The notes below the pieces were generated by a model. It was given only the letters and a program-made list of their open reading frames with translations. It ran no database searches and had not been told where the DNA came from. Positions 44,899 through 54,927 of a stretch of DNA of 64,000 nucleotides are shown here, piece after piece; position 1 is the first letter of the stretch; every line of letters starts with the position of its first letter. The position numbers were made by a program, and so were the translations under genes. This DNA comes from Thermoplasmata archaeon (GTDB taxonomy: Archaea; Thermoplasmatota; Thermoplasmata; UBA10834). The stretch is from contig JACZKW010000047.1 in NCBI GenBank assembly GCA_014859835.1, forward strand, positions 2,723 to 66,722, given 5' to 3'.

Positions 44899-46071
44899 AT
44901 GCCTTCTGAGGACAGGGAACTGCTCGTGCCATTCATCCCAGGTGATGGGATCGGTCCAGATATCACAATAGCTGCCCAGACCGTGATCGAAGCGGCCATC
45001 AACAAGGCCACCGACAATCGGGTCAGGGTCAAGTGGGAACATCTAATGGCTGGACAGGAATCCTTCGATATTACTGGCGAATGGCTGCCTCGCGCGACAA
45101 TAGACAGGATAAAAGCGGTCGGAATCGCGATCAAAGGTCCACTGACGACGCCTGTGGGCGGGGGAATAAGGAGCCTGAACGTCGTCCTCAGGCAAGTGTT
45201 AGATCTCTATTCATCTGTCCGGCCGGTTCGTCACTTCCGCGGGGTTCCTAGCCCTGTTAAGAATCCCGAGAAGATGAACATGGTGATATTCCGTGAGAAC
45301 ACGGAGGACGTTTACAAGGGTCTGGAGTGGAAGCGCGGCTCAGAGGAAATTGGCAGATTGAGGCAGTTCCTCCGATCTGACCTGGGCGTAGATATCTCTG
45401 AGGATTCCGGCCTCGGTCTCAAACCTATATCTGAATTCGCCTCGAAGAGGCTGATCCGAGCAGCCATGGTGCATGGTATCCGACATCATAGGAAGTCGGT
45501 AACGCTCGTCCACAAGGGGAATATAATGAAGTACACTGAAGGGGCCTTCCGCGACTGGGGATACGAACTCGCGAGGGACGAATTCTCGGACGTGACGATA
45601 TTCGAAGGAAAAGACGGAGATGCCACAGATATCGATGGCAAGATTCTGTTGAACGACCGGATAGCGGACAACATGTTCCAACAGATACTGACTCGGCCAG
45701 ATGAGTACTCCGTGCTGGCCGCCCCGAACCTCAACGGTGACTATCTCGCCGACGCGTGTGCCGCCCAAGTCGGGGGTCTGGGGTTCGCTCCAGGCGCGAA
45801 CATCGGCGATGGTGTCGCAGTGTTCGAACCTGTCCACGGGACGGCGCCCAAGTATGCAGGGAAGGACATTGCGAACCCAAGCGCTCTGATTCTCTCCGGC
45901 GCGATGATGCTGGATCATATCGGATTTGCAGAAGCTGCCAGGTCGATAGAAAAAGCTCTTGAGATGACAATATCCGATGGGTTTGTGACCTGGGACGTGG
46001 CGCGGCAGATTGGATCAAGCAGCTATGTTGGCACGAGGAAGTACGCCGCGGAAATCGTTGCGAGGATATGA
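44899..46071 (+). CDS. icd: isocitrate dehydrogenase-type beta-decarboxylating dehydrogenase (bacterial NADP-Icd-like)
   Basis: GDGIGPDIT, AIKGPLTTPVGGGIRSLNVVLRQVLDLYSSVRPVRHFRGVPSPVKNPEKMNMVIFRENTEDVY closely parallels bacterial Icd including the Ser of the IRSLN substrate loop. Confidence 0.75.
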   Translation: MPSEDRELLVPFIPGDGIGPDITIAAQTVIEAAINKATDNRVRVKWEHLMAGQESFDITGEWLPRATIDRIKAVGIAIKGPLTTPVGGGIRSLNVVLRQVLDLYSSVRPVRHFRGVPSPVKNPEKMNMVIFRENTEDVYKGLEWKRGSEEIGRLRQFLRSDLGVDISEDSGLGLKPISEFASKRLIRAAMVHGIRHHRKSVTLVHKGNIMKYTEGAFRDWGYELARDEFSDVTIFEGKDGDATDIDGKILLNDRIADNMFQQILTRPDEYSVLAAPNLNGDYLADACAAQVGGLGFAPGANIGDGVAVFEPVHGTAPKYAGKDIANPSALILSGAMMLDHIGFAEAARSIEKALEMTISDGFVTWDVARQIGSSSYVGTRKYAAEIVARI

Positions 46072-46077
46072 GGGAAA

Positions 46078-47382
46078 TCATGCTTTTGTCAATCTCTTCC
46101 TCAGTTCCTTTCTCTGTCTGCTATCGATACCCTTCTCAGTTATGACGCTGAAGATCGTGGTCAGGAGTGTAGTCCCGAATATCACGATGAGCGTGGTGTT
46201 AAGGATTAGCACACCGAGAGCGGGATCCCATATGGCCGAATCTGCCAGGACAACAGCCGGCAACGTGGCTAGTACCGCAGCCGCCAATCCCCTCGGCATG
46301 CTGGCGAAGACCGTTTCGGCATCCTCTATGTTGAGATTCCCCAACTTCCACGCGAGCATTGCAGCTATCCATCGAATGAGGACTATGACGCTTATCATCA
46401 GCAGGCCAGCGATCAGGTGTATCTCTGTGAAAGTGCTGAACCTGAACAGCAATCCGAGGTAGACGAAGAAGAAAGTCCTGACAAAGAAAGTGATCTCAGA
46501 ATGGAATTGTTGTATCTGCACATTAGAGGATAATGTGAGTGATATGTTGGACAGCCGTCTTTTAATGAACTGACGGTTCCCTACGGCTAGGCCAAACGCG
46601 AGAGCGGCGACCGCTCCAGAGCTGCTGATGGGTGACAGCTCGACCGTCCCTGCAACTATGAACAATGCTGCGATCGTGATCATATATGACAGCGGTTGAT
46701 TCTGAAGCTTCTGTAGCACGAAGAGCCATAGTATTCCTGCCACGAAACCAATGACCCCTCCGAGCAGGAACTTCGATGCAAGGTCCCTTGTTATCAATAC
46801 CCAATTCAAATCCTCAGTCAGTATCACACGGATCAGGGACAGGGAGATGACTATGACGAGCACATCCGTTGTTATGCTCTCCATTATCAGCATAGCCTTT
46901 GTCTGCGGTCTTATCCTCATCTTGCTGACGATGGGTATCACGATCGCCCCGCTCGTGCCACCGACTATGGCACCCATGGTCAAGGAAAGGAGGATGTCGA
47001 TGTTCATCAGGAAGTGGAGTGCGAGGGCGATGGTCACGAATGTGAGGAAGAAAGCCACGATGGACATGAATGCGGATAGCCGCATAGATTCAACGACGGA
47101 TTTTATGTCTAGGCTCAATCCACCATCGAAGAGGATTATCACGAGCGCTGCCGAAAGGAACAGCTCTTTGAAATTGTCGATGGCCGCTAGGGCGTCATGG
47201 CTGACTAGATTGAACCGTTCACCGAATATATCTGGGCCGATGACCATGCCAAGGATTATGAGAATCAGTACATCTGGTATCCTGTATCTAGTGAAGATCA
47301 CATTCCCGAAGAATCCTAGGAATATGATGGAGCCGATTGCCATGAATGCCGTTATCGTCCCCGTATCCATATCCATGCACAC
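46078..47382 (-). CDS. Na+/H+ antiporter, NhaP/CPA1 type
   Basis: 12-13 TM helices, N-terminal FTRYRIPDVLILIILGMVIGP motif. Confidence 0.8.
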   Translation of the reverse strand: MCMDMDTGTITAFMAIGSIIFLGFFGNVIFTRYRIPDVLILIILGMVIGPDIFGERFNLVSHDALAAIDNFKELFLSAALVIILFDGGLSLDIKSVVESMRLSAFMSIVAFFLTFVTIALALHFLMNIDILLSLTMGAIVGGTSGAIVIPIVSKMRIRPQTKAMLIMESITTDVLVIVISLSLIRVILTEDLNWVLITRDLASKFLLGGVIGFVAGILWLFVLQKLQNQPLSYMITIAALFIVAGTVELSPISSSGAVAALAFGLAVGNRQFIKRRLSNISLTLSSNVQIQQFHSEITFFVRTFFFVYLGLLFRFSTFTEIHLIAGLLMISVIVLIRWIAAMLAWKLGNLNIEDAETVFASMPRGLAAAVLATLPAVVLADSAIWDPALGVLILNTTLIVIFGTTLLTTIFSVITEKGIDSRQRKELRKRLTKA

Positions 47383-47561
47383 CGTGAGTGATTGTCTTCT
47401 CTGACGGAAATCTGTCTTACAATCCGAAATATCTCGACATTCGGAGAAACGCCCAGGTTAGTATTTTATTGTATTGGCCTCGCAGCCATCAGGCACGGAT
47501 ATCTCATTGCTCATATTGGATGGCCCAATCGTTATTTATCATGCACTCGATGCACGTCGTG

Positions 47562-48527
47562 ATGACAATCGAGGGCGTTTCCTCAGATTCCTCGGATATC
47601 AGTCCTCAGGAATTCGACGTCGTGATCATTGGTGCAGGTCCAGCGGGACTAGCCGCTGGAATATATGCCAAACGAGCCGGCTTGAACTGTATCATCTTGG
47701 AGAAAGGAGTTCCTGGAGGCCAGGTCCTCACCAGTCCGATGATCGAGAACTATCCCGGGTTTCCTGAGATTGAAGGCATGAAGCTGATGGACATAATGGC
47801 CGAGCACGCGAGAAGGTATGTCGATATTAGAGAAGGTGAGGACGTTCTGCGCGTGCGCAGCGGAGAGCGGTTCCAACTCTCGACCACATCCTCGAAATAT
47901 ATTTCCAGAGCACTCATACTGGCAACCGGGGCCACTCACAGAAAGCTAGGCGCGCCCGGTGAGAATAAGTTGGCGGGCAGGGGCGTAAGCTATTGCGCGA
48001 CTTGCGACGGGTTCTTTTACAAGACGAAGGAGGTCGTCGTCATCGGGGGCGGAAACACCGCATTGACCGACGCACTGTACCTTCATTCGATCGACTGCAA
48101 GGTGACTTTAATACACCGTAGGGGATCGTTCAGAGCGGACAAACACCTTCAGGACAGCATTGCGGAAAGGAAGATCCAGGTGCTATTCGATACTGTAGTG
48201 GACGAGATACTGGGAGAGAACGGGGTGACTAGCGTTAAGCTGAGGGATCTGAAAACCGGGGTCACGCAGGAGATGGTGGTCAGCGGCGTTTTCGTGGCGA
48301 TCGGTGAAGTCCCCAGCAGCCAGCTCGCATCCGAGCTGGGGTTGAACCAGGACCCAGGTGGCTTCATAATCGTGGACCAGTCATTCCGGACGAGCGTGCC
48401 TTTTGTCTATGCTGCGGGGGATGTGTCAGGAGGTATCCGACAGATCGTCGCGGCAGTGCACGGAGGAGCGGCGGCTGCTCTATCCTGCTTTGAAGATCTG
48501 GTCAACCCATACTATAGGAAGACCTGA
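47562..48527 (+). CDS. trxB: thioredoxin-disulfide reductase
   Basis: DVVIIGAGPAG, CATCDG redox centre, second GGGNTA Rossmann motif; start set to ATG 47562. Confidence 0.9.
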   Translation: MTIEGVSSDSSDISPQEFDVVIIGAGPAGLAAGIYAKRAGLNCIILEKGVPGGQVLTSPMIENYPGFPEIEGMKLMDIMAEHARRYVDIREGEDVLRVRSGERFQLSTTSSKYISRALILATGATHRKLGAPGENKLAGRGVSYCATCDGFFYKTKEVVVIGGGNTALTDALYLHSIDCKVTLIHRRGSFRADKHLQDSIAERKIQVLFDTVVDEILGENGVTSVKLRDLKTGVTQEMVVSGVFVAIGEVPSSQLASELGLNQDPGGFIIVDQSFRTSVPFVYAAGDVSGGIRQIVAAVHGGAAAALSCFEDLVNPYYRKT

Positions 48528-48582
48528 AACCACTCGTGTCAGGGTCCGCGATGATTGCCGTCGACAAGCCATTTCCAACAGT

Positions 48583-49371
48583 CTATCTCTCTCCGATGTC
48601 CAACTGCAAATAGTGTATTTCCGAGTCGTGAAGCTCCTCCATGACCAGCAGACCCTTGTCCGCGAACCCCTTCTTCTCGAACCAGCTCGATGGACCATTG
48701 GGGAACACGCCCTTCTTGGCAGCGGCCACTGAAACCCTTTCGAATCCCCAGTTCCTGAGGTCAGCTATCAGGCGTTCCAATGGTTGGGTCTTATAATCTA
48801 AGGTCTCATGCGACAGATACACGCATGTGAGGAACGCATCACCGTCTTCCTTGTCCAGAATCGGGTACGGTACCGCCGTTGAGGGCAGGAATTCTGCACC
48901 TCCGATGCAGGAACCGTCGTGGAAGTGCATGTACCCTATGTGATTCAGACGGTGAGTCTGGAGTATTCCTGCCGTCCACTCTGCCTTGCCTCTGCAGAGT
49001 CCTATGTCTTGAGTATTGGTGCAGGGTTCGCATGTTGATAGGACCGATTCGGGTGTTATCATCACTAGATCGCCTCGGACCACACTGTCCCCTTGTTCGA
49101 TATTCGAAGGTGACGAATCCACAATGTCATCATCGAGCAATTGCAGAACTCGCTCCTTGGTGAAGGGACCATGCAGACGATACCGGTCATTGACTATGAG
49201 CATCTGAGGGGAGAACACCCTGTATTCCTCACACGCTGACCTGTCCTCTGAGATGTCGAACAGCTCAAGCTGCACACCCTCCTTCCAGGCGATGGTCTTG
49301 ATTCGAGCCAGCAGATAGCCGTTACGAGGGCACTGGTTGCCGAAGTAGAAGAACTTGATACTCCTAACCAA
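48583..49371 (-). CDS. hypothetical protein with N-terminal thioredoxin/glutaredoxin-like fold
   Basis: KFFYFGNQCPRNGYLLARIKTIA; remainder unassigned. Confidence 0.4.
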   Translation of the reverse strand: MVRSIKFFYFGNQCPRNGYLLARIKTIAWKEGVQLELFDISEDRSACEEYRVFSPQMLIVNDRYRLHGPFTKERVLQLLDDDIVDSSPSNIEQGDSVVRGDLVMITPESVLSTCEPCTNTQDIGLCRGKAEWTAGILQTHRLNHIGYMHFHDGSCIGGAEFLPSTAVPYPILDKEDGDAFLTCVYLSHETLDYKTQPLERLIADLRNWGFERVSVAAAKKGVFPNGPSSWFEKKGFADKGLLVMEELHDSEIHYLQLDIGER

Positions 49372-49584
49372 TCTTACCCGTCCATCTTCTCAACGCCGGA
49401 TGGTAGATACATGCCTTCCGGCGATTTTCTCGAAAAACATGGAACATCGATGGCCATGGTCTTTTCGGAGCCGTTTTGCTCGTTAATCGCCGTATTATCA
49501 CTGTTACGGTCGCTGGATCACGGCGGGGACGACTACAAATGCCTATGAACACAAAATCTGGGTTGGCGCAAATCATATATTATA

Positions 49585-49836
49585 GTGGTTAAGGTCATGG
49601 TGGTTTCATACCGGGCTGATCACACAGTTCGGGAACATATAATGGAGGTAGTCCAAATGGACGACAGACCACGCAGACAGAACCGCGACGGATTCGATTC
49701 CCGCCCACGTGAAATGCACAACGTGAAGTGTTCTGACTGTGGTGCCGACACACAGGTCCCCTTTAAGCCGACTGAGGGCCGACCAGTGTACTGCAAGGAA
49801 TGTTATCAGAAGCACAGACCACCACGCCGATTCTAA
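49585..49836 (+). CDS. small C4 zinc-ribbon protein
   Basis: VKCSDCGADTQVPFKPTEGRPVYCKECY; true start may be an internal Met. Confidence 0.45.
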   Translation: MVKVMVVSYRADHTVREHIMEVVQMDDRPRRQNRDGFDSRPREMHNVKCSDCGADTQVPFKPTEGRPVYCKECYQKHRPPRRF

Positions 49837-49998
49837 GCCTATCGACTGGTCTGACTGCTAGATATCAAATCCACAAACCCGATCCTTTTCATATACACCC
49901 CTTATTAGGGGCCTCTCCGCAGATGATCGACCCTCACGCGGCGGGGAAATGTTTATTCGACCCAGACCGCTTAGACCTCCTATCTGGAGGTGAGAAAT

Positions 49999-50118
49999 GT
50001 GGTGAAGGGAAAACTTGGCAAGACATATCACTGTGATATCTGTGGTCAGGACGTGAAGGTCACAAAGGAAGGTGTCGGAGTCCTGGTGTGCTGCAACAAG
50101 CCTATGAACGAAATGTGA
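49999..50118 (+). CDS. desulforedoxin-like mini-rubredoxin (39 aa), absent from ORF track
   Basis: VKGKLGKTYHCDICGQDVKVTKEGVGVLVCCNKPMNEM parallels D. gigas desulforedoxin YKCELCGQVVKV..GGTLVCCGEDM; GTG start, GGAGG 8-11 nt upstream. Confidence 0.6.
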   Translation: MVKGKLGKTYHCDICGQDVKVTKEGVGVLVCCNKPMNEM

Positions 50119-50195
50119 GCACCCAGTCGCCGTCAGCTGCCCTCCATGCGGAATGTGGGAGCCAGCGCTGCCTTTTATGATTCTATTAGATTGAG

Positions 50196-50292
50196 TGGGC
50201 CCGATCGGATTTGAACCGATGACCAACTGGTCTCTCAGGGAATTTTTATTCCCGTATGAGCCAATCGCTCCGCCGGACTAAGCTACGGGCCC
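50196..50292 (-). tRNA. tRNA-Met (CAU) with ~23-nt canonical intron after position 37; CCA not encoded
   Basis: GGGCCCG-TA-GCTT..GAGC-G-ATTGG-CTCATA[CGGGAATAAAAATTCCCTGAGAG]A-CCAGT-TGGTC-ATCGG-TTCAAAT-CCGAT-CGGGCCC-A. Confidence 0.8.
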
Positions 50293-50374
50293 GTGTGATT
50301 GCTCCTAATCGCCCGATTACATATTAGGATTTCTGTGCCGTTCGCTTCCTTGACTACGGTCAGGCACTCGAACT

Positions 50375-50932
50375 TCAGTACCTGTAAGTCCTCGTCTTGC
50401 CGGTCTCCAATTCTACGCCCAGTCCCAGAGAGACTCTGTTGGAGAAGTTGAAGTAGCTCGCAATCAGGTTCGCTCGAAGGATCTCCTGGTCGGTCAGTCC
50501 AGCATCCCTTAGGTCCACTATGTCATCGGCCGTGATGTCCTTCGGGTCAAGAGTAAGCTTCGCGGCATATGCCAGGAGTGACTTGTTCCTGGGAGTCTCA
50601 TGTTTCGAGGCATATTCCGCAAGAAGGCTCTTCAGAGCGCCAGGGTCTTTATCTACGCACTCGAGCGCTTCCGAATGGTGCACGACACCATAGGCGCACT
50701 TGTTCGCCGCCGAGACCACGACAGCGATCATCTCCCTCTCCTCCCTCGAAAGAGGCCCAGGGCCCATCATCAGTTGCTCGTAAATATCGATTTGATGCGA
50801 AAGGACGTCTGGCTCCATCCCCTCCGCTCTGAATATGTTGGCTAGGTGTCCCCGTTCCTTCACTATTCTCTCATAGACTTCCTTCGTCCTGTCCGTCGCT
50901 TCTAGGGGGTCTATTGTCCTTATCCAAGCCAT
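50375..50932 (-). CDS. carboxymuconolactone decarboxylase / AhpD-like peroxidase-related protein
   Basis: CMD-family fold with CAYGVVHH-type motif. Confidence 0.75.
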   Translation of the reverse strand: MAWIRTIDPLEATDRTKEVYERIVKERGHLANIFRAEGMEPDVLSHQIDIYEQLMMGPGPLSREEREMIAVVVSAANKCAYGVVHHSEALECVDKDPGALKSLLAEYASKHETPRNKSLLAYAAKLTLDPKDITADDIVDLRDAGLTDQEILRANLIASYFNFSNRVSLGLGVELETGKTRTYRY

Positions 50933-51055
50933 GTCAAACCGTCTCCTGTCTTCTAGGGTTCTTCGAATTCAGTGTACTGACGAGGGCTGGTTATAAGCCT
51001 TGTCCTCGGCCTCTTGTGCTGCAGAGGTTAATATCCATTCCGTCAGTACGCGGGC

Positions 51056-52030
51056 GTGTTCAGCGAGAAAGGACGGGCTATCTGGTTCCTCGCACTCTTG
51101 TCTCCAATCACTGTCGAGCTCCTTTCAGGCTCGTCTCCACCCATCGAGTTCTTCCACCCATTCGGATTCCTGCTCCTCCTCGGTATGTATGGTGCAGGAG
51201 TCCTGCTGATCCGTGAGCTCACTGTGATCTGGCGGAAGGGTTGGGCGACCACGATCGTGCTCGGTTTCGCGTATGCCGTGGCCGAGGAAGGTGTCGCGGT
51301 CAAGAGCTTCTTCGATCCTGGCTGGGCCGATCTGGGAGCGCTTTCTGAATTTGGACGCTTCGCCGAGGTGAATTGGATATGGGCGACCTGGTTGAGCATC
51401 TTCCATTCAATGATCAGTATCTGCCTGCCGATATTGATCTTCAACCTCTGGTATCCCCATCTCAGGGAAGAACGGATTCTGGTCCCGAGGCGATTCAAGC
51501 TGGTCGGCGCGATATATCTCATAGACCTCGCATTCGCTGCGATTGTGTTCGTGTCGATTCAGGACTACTACCCTCCGCCTCTGCAGTACGTCGCGTCCAT
51601 TCTCATGACCATCATCTTCGTGCTCATCGCTAGAGAGTTTCCAATCGATCTGGTGAGCGCCAGGCACGAGTTGCCAACATGGAGTCCGTGGCGATTCATC
51701 GCATTTGGGTTCACACTCATACTCCTGGACTTCATCATCGCATCTTCGGCACTGTCCGCCATGCCAGCTATAGTGGCCATCGTGACCATTTTGATGGTGA
51801 ACGCGGCCGCTCTGTTGCTGCTCCAACATAAGCTCGGCAGGTGTCAGAACTCATTGCACAAGGCGAACCTCGCGCTCGGGTTCGTCCTATTCTTTATCGT
51901 CCTGGCCCCGATCCATGAGGTGTCCGATGGGATGATCGGCATGTCTGTTGTTGGTGTATGCTATCTGATGTTCATGATCGCTCTGATCAAGAAGGTGCGG
52001 CCCAGGGTCGAAAGTGTCAACCCTTTCTGA
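51056..52030 (+). CDS. polytopic membrane protein, function unknown
   Basis: 8+ hydrophobic helices; no motif recognised. Confidence 0.5.
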   Translation: MFSEKGRAIWFLALLSPITVELLSGSSPPIEFFHPFGFLLLLGMYGAGVLLIRELTVIWRKGWATTIVLGFAYAVAEEGVAVKSFFDPGWADLGALSEFGRFAEVNWIWATWLSIFHSMISICLPILIFNLWYPHLREERILVPRRFKLVGAIYLIDLAFAAIVFVSIQDYYPPPLQYVASILMTIIFVLIAREFPIDLVSARHELPTWSPWRFIAFGFTLILLDFIIASSALSAMPAIVAIVTILMVNAAALLLLQHKLGRCQNSLHKANLALGFVLFFIVLAPIHEVSDGMIGMSVVGVCYLMFMIALIKKVRPRVESVNPF

Positions 52031-52049
52031 GAGATCGATGAGAAACATG

Positions 52050-52125
52050 TGGCGCCGTCGAACGGGTTCGAACCGTTGACCTTCCGCTTAACAGGCGGAC
52101 GCTCTACCGACTGAGCTACGACGGC
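52050..52125 (-). tRNA. tRNA-Asn (GUU), CCA encoded
   Basis: GCCGTCG-TA-GCTC-AGTCGGTA-GAGC-G-TCCGC-CTGTTAA-GCGGA-AGGTC-AACGG-TTCGAAC-CCGTT-CGACGGC-G-CCA. Confidence 0.9.
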
Positions 52126-52229
52126 ATGCTTGGCTCGCAGGCGCAGTTAACCTGACCAGTTTAATAAGCCTTTTGCCACTGGGGCCGTCTCGGACACGTT
52201 CAGAACCATTGCGCGGGAGCATGGACCGA

Positions 52230-52547
52230 CTATTCGATGGACACTCGCAGCTCATTGACGGTAGAGCTCATCGTCTCCAGGATGTCCTTCAGGTGGTCGA
52301 GAAAGTCCTGTATCTTGTCGGTCGTGATCGCCCCGTCCGGCGAAGGTTCGATCAATCCCTCTTGCTCCAGGATCCTGAGAGAATACCTGACCTTGTGCTG
52401 TGGATACTCTAGCATCTCCGCCAAGCGTATGATGCCTATGGGCTCGTTGTCCATGATCGCCTTGAGCATCGCAACATGCCTCTGGAGCAAATCTATCTCG
52501 GCCTCGATCTTGCTCGTCAGAACAGATTTGCCTGCCTTTCCTTTCAT
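52230..52547 (-). CDS. winged-helix transcriptional regulator-like protein
   Basis: IIRLAEMLEYPQHKVRYSLRILEQEGLIE HTH. Confidence 0.5.
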   Translation of the reverse strand: MKGKAGKSVLTSKIEAEIDLLQRHVAMLKAIMDNEPIGIIRLAEMLEYPQHKVRYSLRILEQEGLIEPSPDGAITTDKIQDFLDHLKDILETMSSTVNELRVSIE

Positions 52548-52691
52548 TTGGATTCCTTCCAGCGATAATCAGACACGACTTGTCGTGCTACATGATAACA
52601 CTTGAGTACCTTAAAGCGTCGGAAGAAACCACCGAGTTGGTAACGGCGCGACCAAACTTGATATAAGTTCTAATGGATAACTCCGGCCACG

Positions 52692-53423
52692 ATGGCTGTT
52701 ATAGACGCAAAAGACCTGGTGATGGATTTTGGCGGAATGAAAGCCCTAAATCTGGTCTCGCTTACGGTCGAGAAAGGCGACCTCTATGGTTTCTTCGGAC
52801 CGAATGGTGCAGGCAAGACCACATTGATCCGGATACTGACCGGTCAGTTGAAACCCACATCGGGGACGGTCGATGTGCTGAGGGTGGATGTGGTCAAGAA
52901 CCCTATCAAGGCCAAAGAACTGGTCGGCATCGTTCCGGAGGTGGAGAGTCCTCCGACCTATTTGACCGCCTATGAGTACCTTTATTTCGTGGGAAAGGTC
53001 CGGAAAGTCGACAATCTAGAGGATCGTATTGACAAGTGGTTGTCCTTCTTCGATCTGGAGAGTAAGAAGGGGACGATCTGCAAGGATATGTCGAAGGGTA
53101 TGCGCCAGAAGCTCATGCTCGCATCGGCATTCATGCATGAGCCAGAGCTTCTCCTCCTCGATGAACCCTTCATAAACCTCGACCCGATCTATCAGAAGCT
53201 GCTCAGGGAACATCTCGAAGAATATGTGTCGAAGGGGGGGACCGTGTTCCTCTGCTCACACATCCTCGAGATAGCCGAGAGACTGTGCAACAAGCTGGCG
53301 ATAGTGAATCTCGGAAGGGTCGTCGTGCAGGGCAGGAAGGATGAACTGGTCAAAGAAGATGACGACCTCGAACGCCTGTTCATGCGTGTGATCGGAGGGG
53401 ATACTCTACGAAGACCCTCCTGA
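52692..53423 (+). CDS. ABC transporter ATP-binding protein
   Basis: GFFGPNGAGKTT, LSGGMRQK-like signature, Walker B LLLDEP. Confidence 0.9.
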   Translation: MAVIDAKDLVMDFGGMKALNLVSLTVEKGDLYGFFGPNGAGKTTLIRILTGQLKPTSGTVDVLRVDVVKNPIKAKELVGIVPEVESPPTYLTAYEYLYFVGKVRKVDNLEDRIDKWLSFFDLESKKGTICKDMSKGMRQKLMLASAFMHEPELLLLDEPFINLDPIYQKLLREHLEEYVSKGGTVFLCSHILEIAERLCNKLAIVNLGRVVVQGRKDELVKEDDDLERLFMRVIGGDTLRRPS

Positions 53424-53428
53424 AACTG

Positions 53429-54874
53429 ATGCTCAAAGAGGAGTTCCGGACACACACATCCTATTCCGGTCAGGACAGGTTCCTCAGCTTCCCTATCTTC
53501 GTGTTCTTCCTCGCATCGGTAGTCGCGCTCACCCTGGATAGGATGCTCGAGACCGTCTCGTTCAGGCAGATGATTGATCTCGCGCACCTTTCAGCATTCA
53601 TATATGGCCTCAGCGTCGGCACATTCGGCATGATGGGGCGGCAGTACCTAGAAAGACGTTATGGCCGGAGCAACTACCTGATCGCCATGCCGTTCCTTCT
53701 TCCGATCTCCTTCAAGAAAACCTTCCTAGGAATATACCTCCGCGATGCCATCTTCTATATCGTCCTTCTGCTGATCCCTGCGACATGCGGCTTGCTCCTG
53801 GCGTCACCGGTGATGGGATATTCATACGTGAGCATCGGCCTCTTCTTCTCGGCGATCTTGATGACTTTCCTGCTCGGCCTTTCGATGAGTTTTCTGGCGT
53901 CCGTAATCTACATCCGGAGCATCAGATGGTTCGTCGCCTTCACCTGCCTGATAGTCTTCCTCTTCTCACTTCACGGGGCCTTCAGGCTGTTGCCTCTTGA
54001 GGTGTTGATCCCATCCCTGGGCTTCCAAACGTCTGTTCAGCCATTCGGTTCGGAAATCGGCTCGGCTGCGATATTTGCGGCAGCATCCATTCTCGCGACG
54101 GTGGTCATGACCGTGCTATCGTACACCCTGGTCGAGATCAGGATGACCATGTCAACGCAATCATATCCTGAGACGCTGCCCAGATATCACAATCGAATCC
54201 CGTTCTTCAAGGGACTTTCTCGTACACTCGCTGCAAAGGAGTTCGTGGACCTCCGCAGGAGCGGAACTCTCGCCAAAATGACATTCTCTTTCATCCTTCC
54301 ATTGCTCTTCCTCTCGTTCACGGCCTGGTTCGTGAACTACGGTCTCTCCATACCCGTAGGATTCAACACTGTGTTCTACGCCGCAATGGTAGGATTCATA
54401 GGAGTGCTGATGTATAGCTGGCTCAATAACATCGACCTAGCCGAATATTACTCTCTGATCCCCGTGACCGTTCCTCAACTGATCCGCGTGCGGGTCGCAG
54501 TCTTCCTCATCCTGACCTTGGGGATCTCCGCCGTGTTCGTCGTCGCCATCGCCATATTGAACCATGAGACCAGATATCTCTGGCTCGCTCTGATAGTCAT
54601 GTTCGTGACCTCCTTGTACATGGTATTGGTCCTGGCATATCTCACAGGACTCAAGACGAACACATTCCTCTTCGATACAAAGATCCTGGCCAGATTCAGC
54701 ATAATGTCATTCATGCCGGACGTGTGCCTCGCCATACTGTCCTTCAGCATCGCCTACGATTGGACCGTGGCCTTGGCGGGCCTTTCCTTGGTGCTTTCCT
54801 CGATGTTCATAACTTCGTTGATCCTCTACAAAGGGATCGAGTCGAAATGGTCAGGCACGCCTTTCGGTGAATGA
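53429..54874 (+). CDS. ABC-transporter-associated polytopic permease-like membrane protein
   Basis: 6-bp gap after ATPase; ~12 TM helices. Confidence 0.6.
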   Translation: MLKEEFRTHTSYSGQDRFLSFPIFVFFLASVVALTLDRMLETVSFRQMIDLAHLSAFIYGLSVGTFGMMGRQYLERRYGRSNYLIAMPFLLPISFKKTFLGIYLRDAIFYIVLLLIPATCGLLLASPVMGYSYVSIGLFFSAILMTFLLGLSMSFLASVIYIRSIRWFVAFTCLIVFLFSLHGAFRLLPLEVLIPSLGFQTSVQPFGSEIGSAAIFAAASILATVVMTVLSYTLVEIRMTMSTQSYPETLPRYHNRIPFFKGLSRTLAAKEFVDLRRSGTLAKMTFSFILPLLFLSFTAWFVNYGLSIPVGFNTVFYAAMVGFIGVLMYSWLNNIDLAEYYSLIPVTVPQLIRVRVAVFLILTLGISAVFVVAIAILNHETRYLWLALIVMFVTSLYMVLVLAYLTGLKTNTFLFDTKILARFSIMSFMPDVCLAILSFSIAYDWTVALAGLSLVLSSMFITSLILYKGIESKWSGTPFGE

Positions 54875-54927
54875 AGCAAGAGTTATGACCCGCTCATTCG
54901 ATAACGGTGTCGCAACGGGGTACTTGA

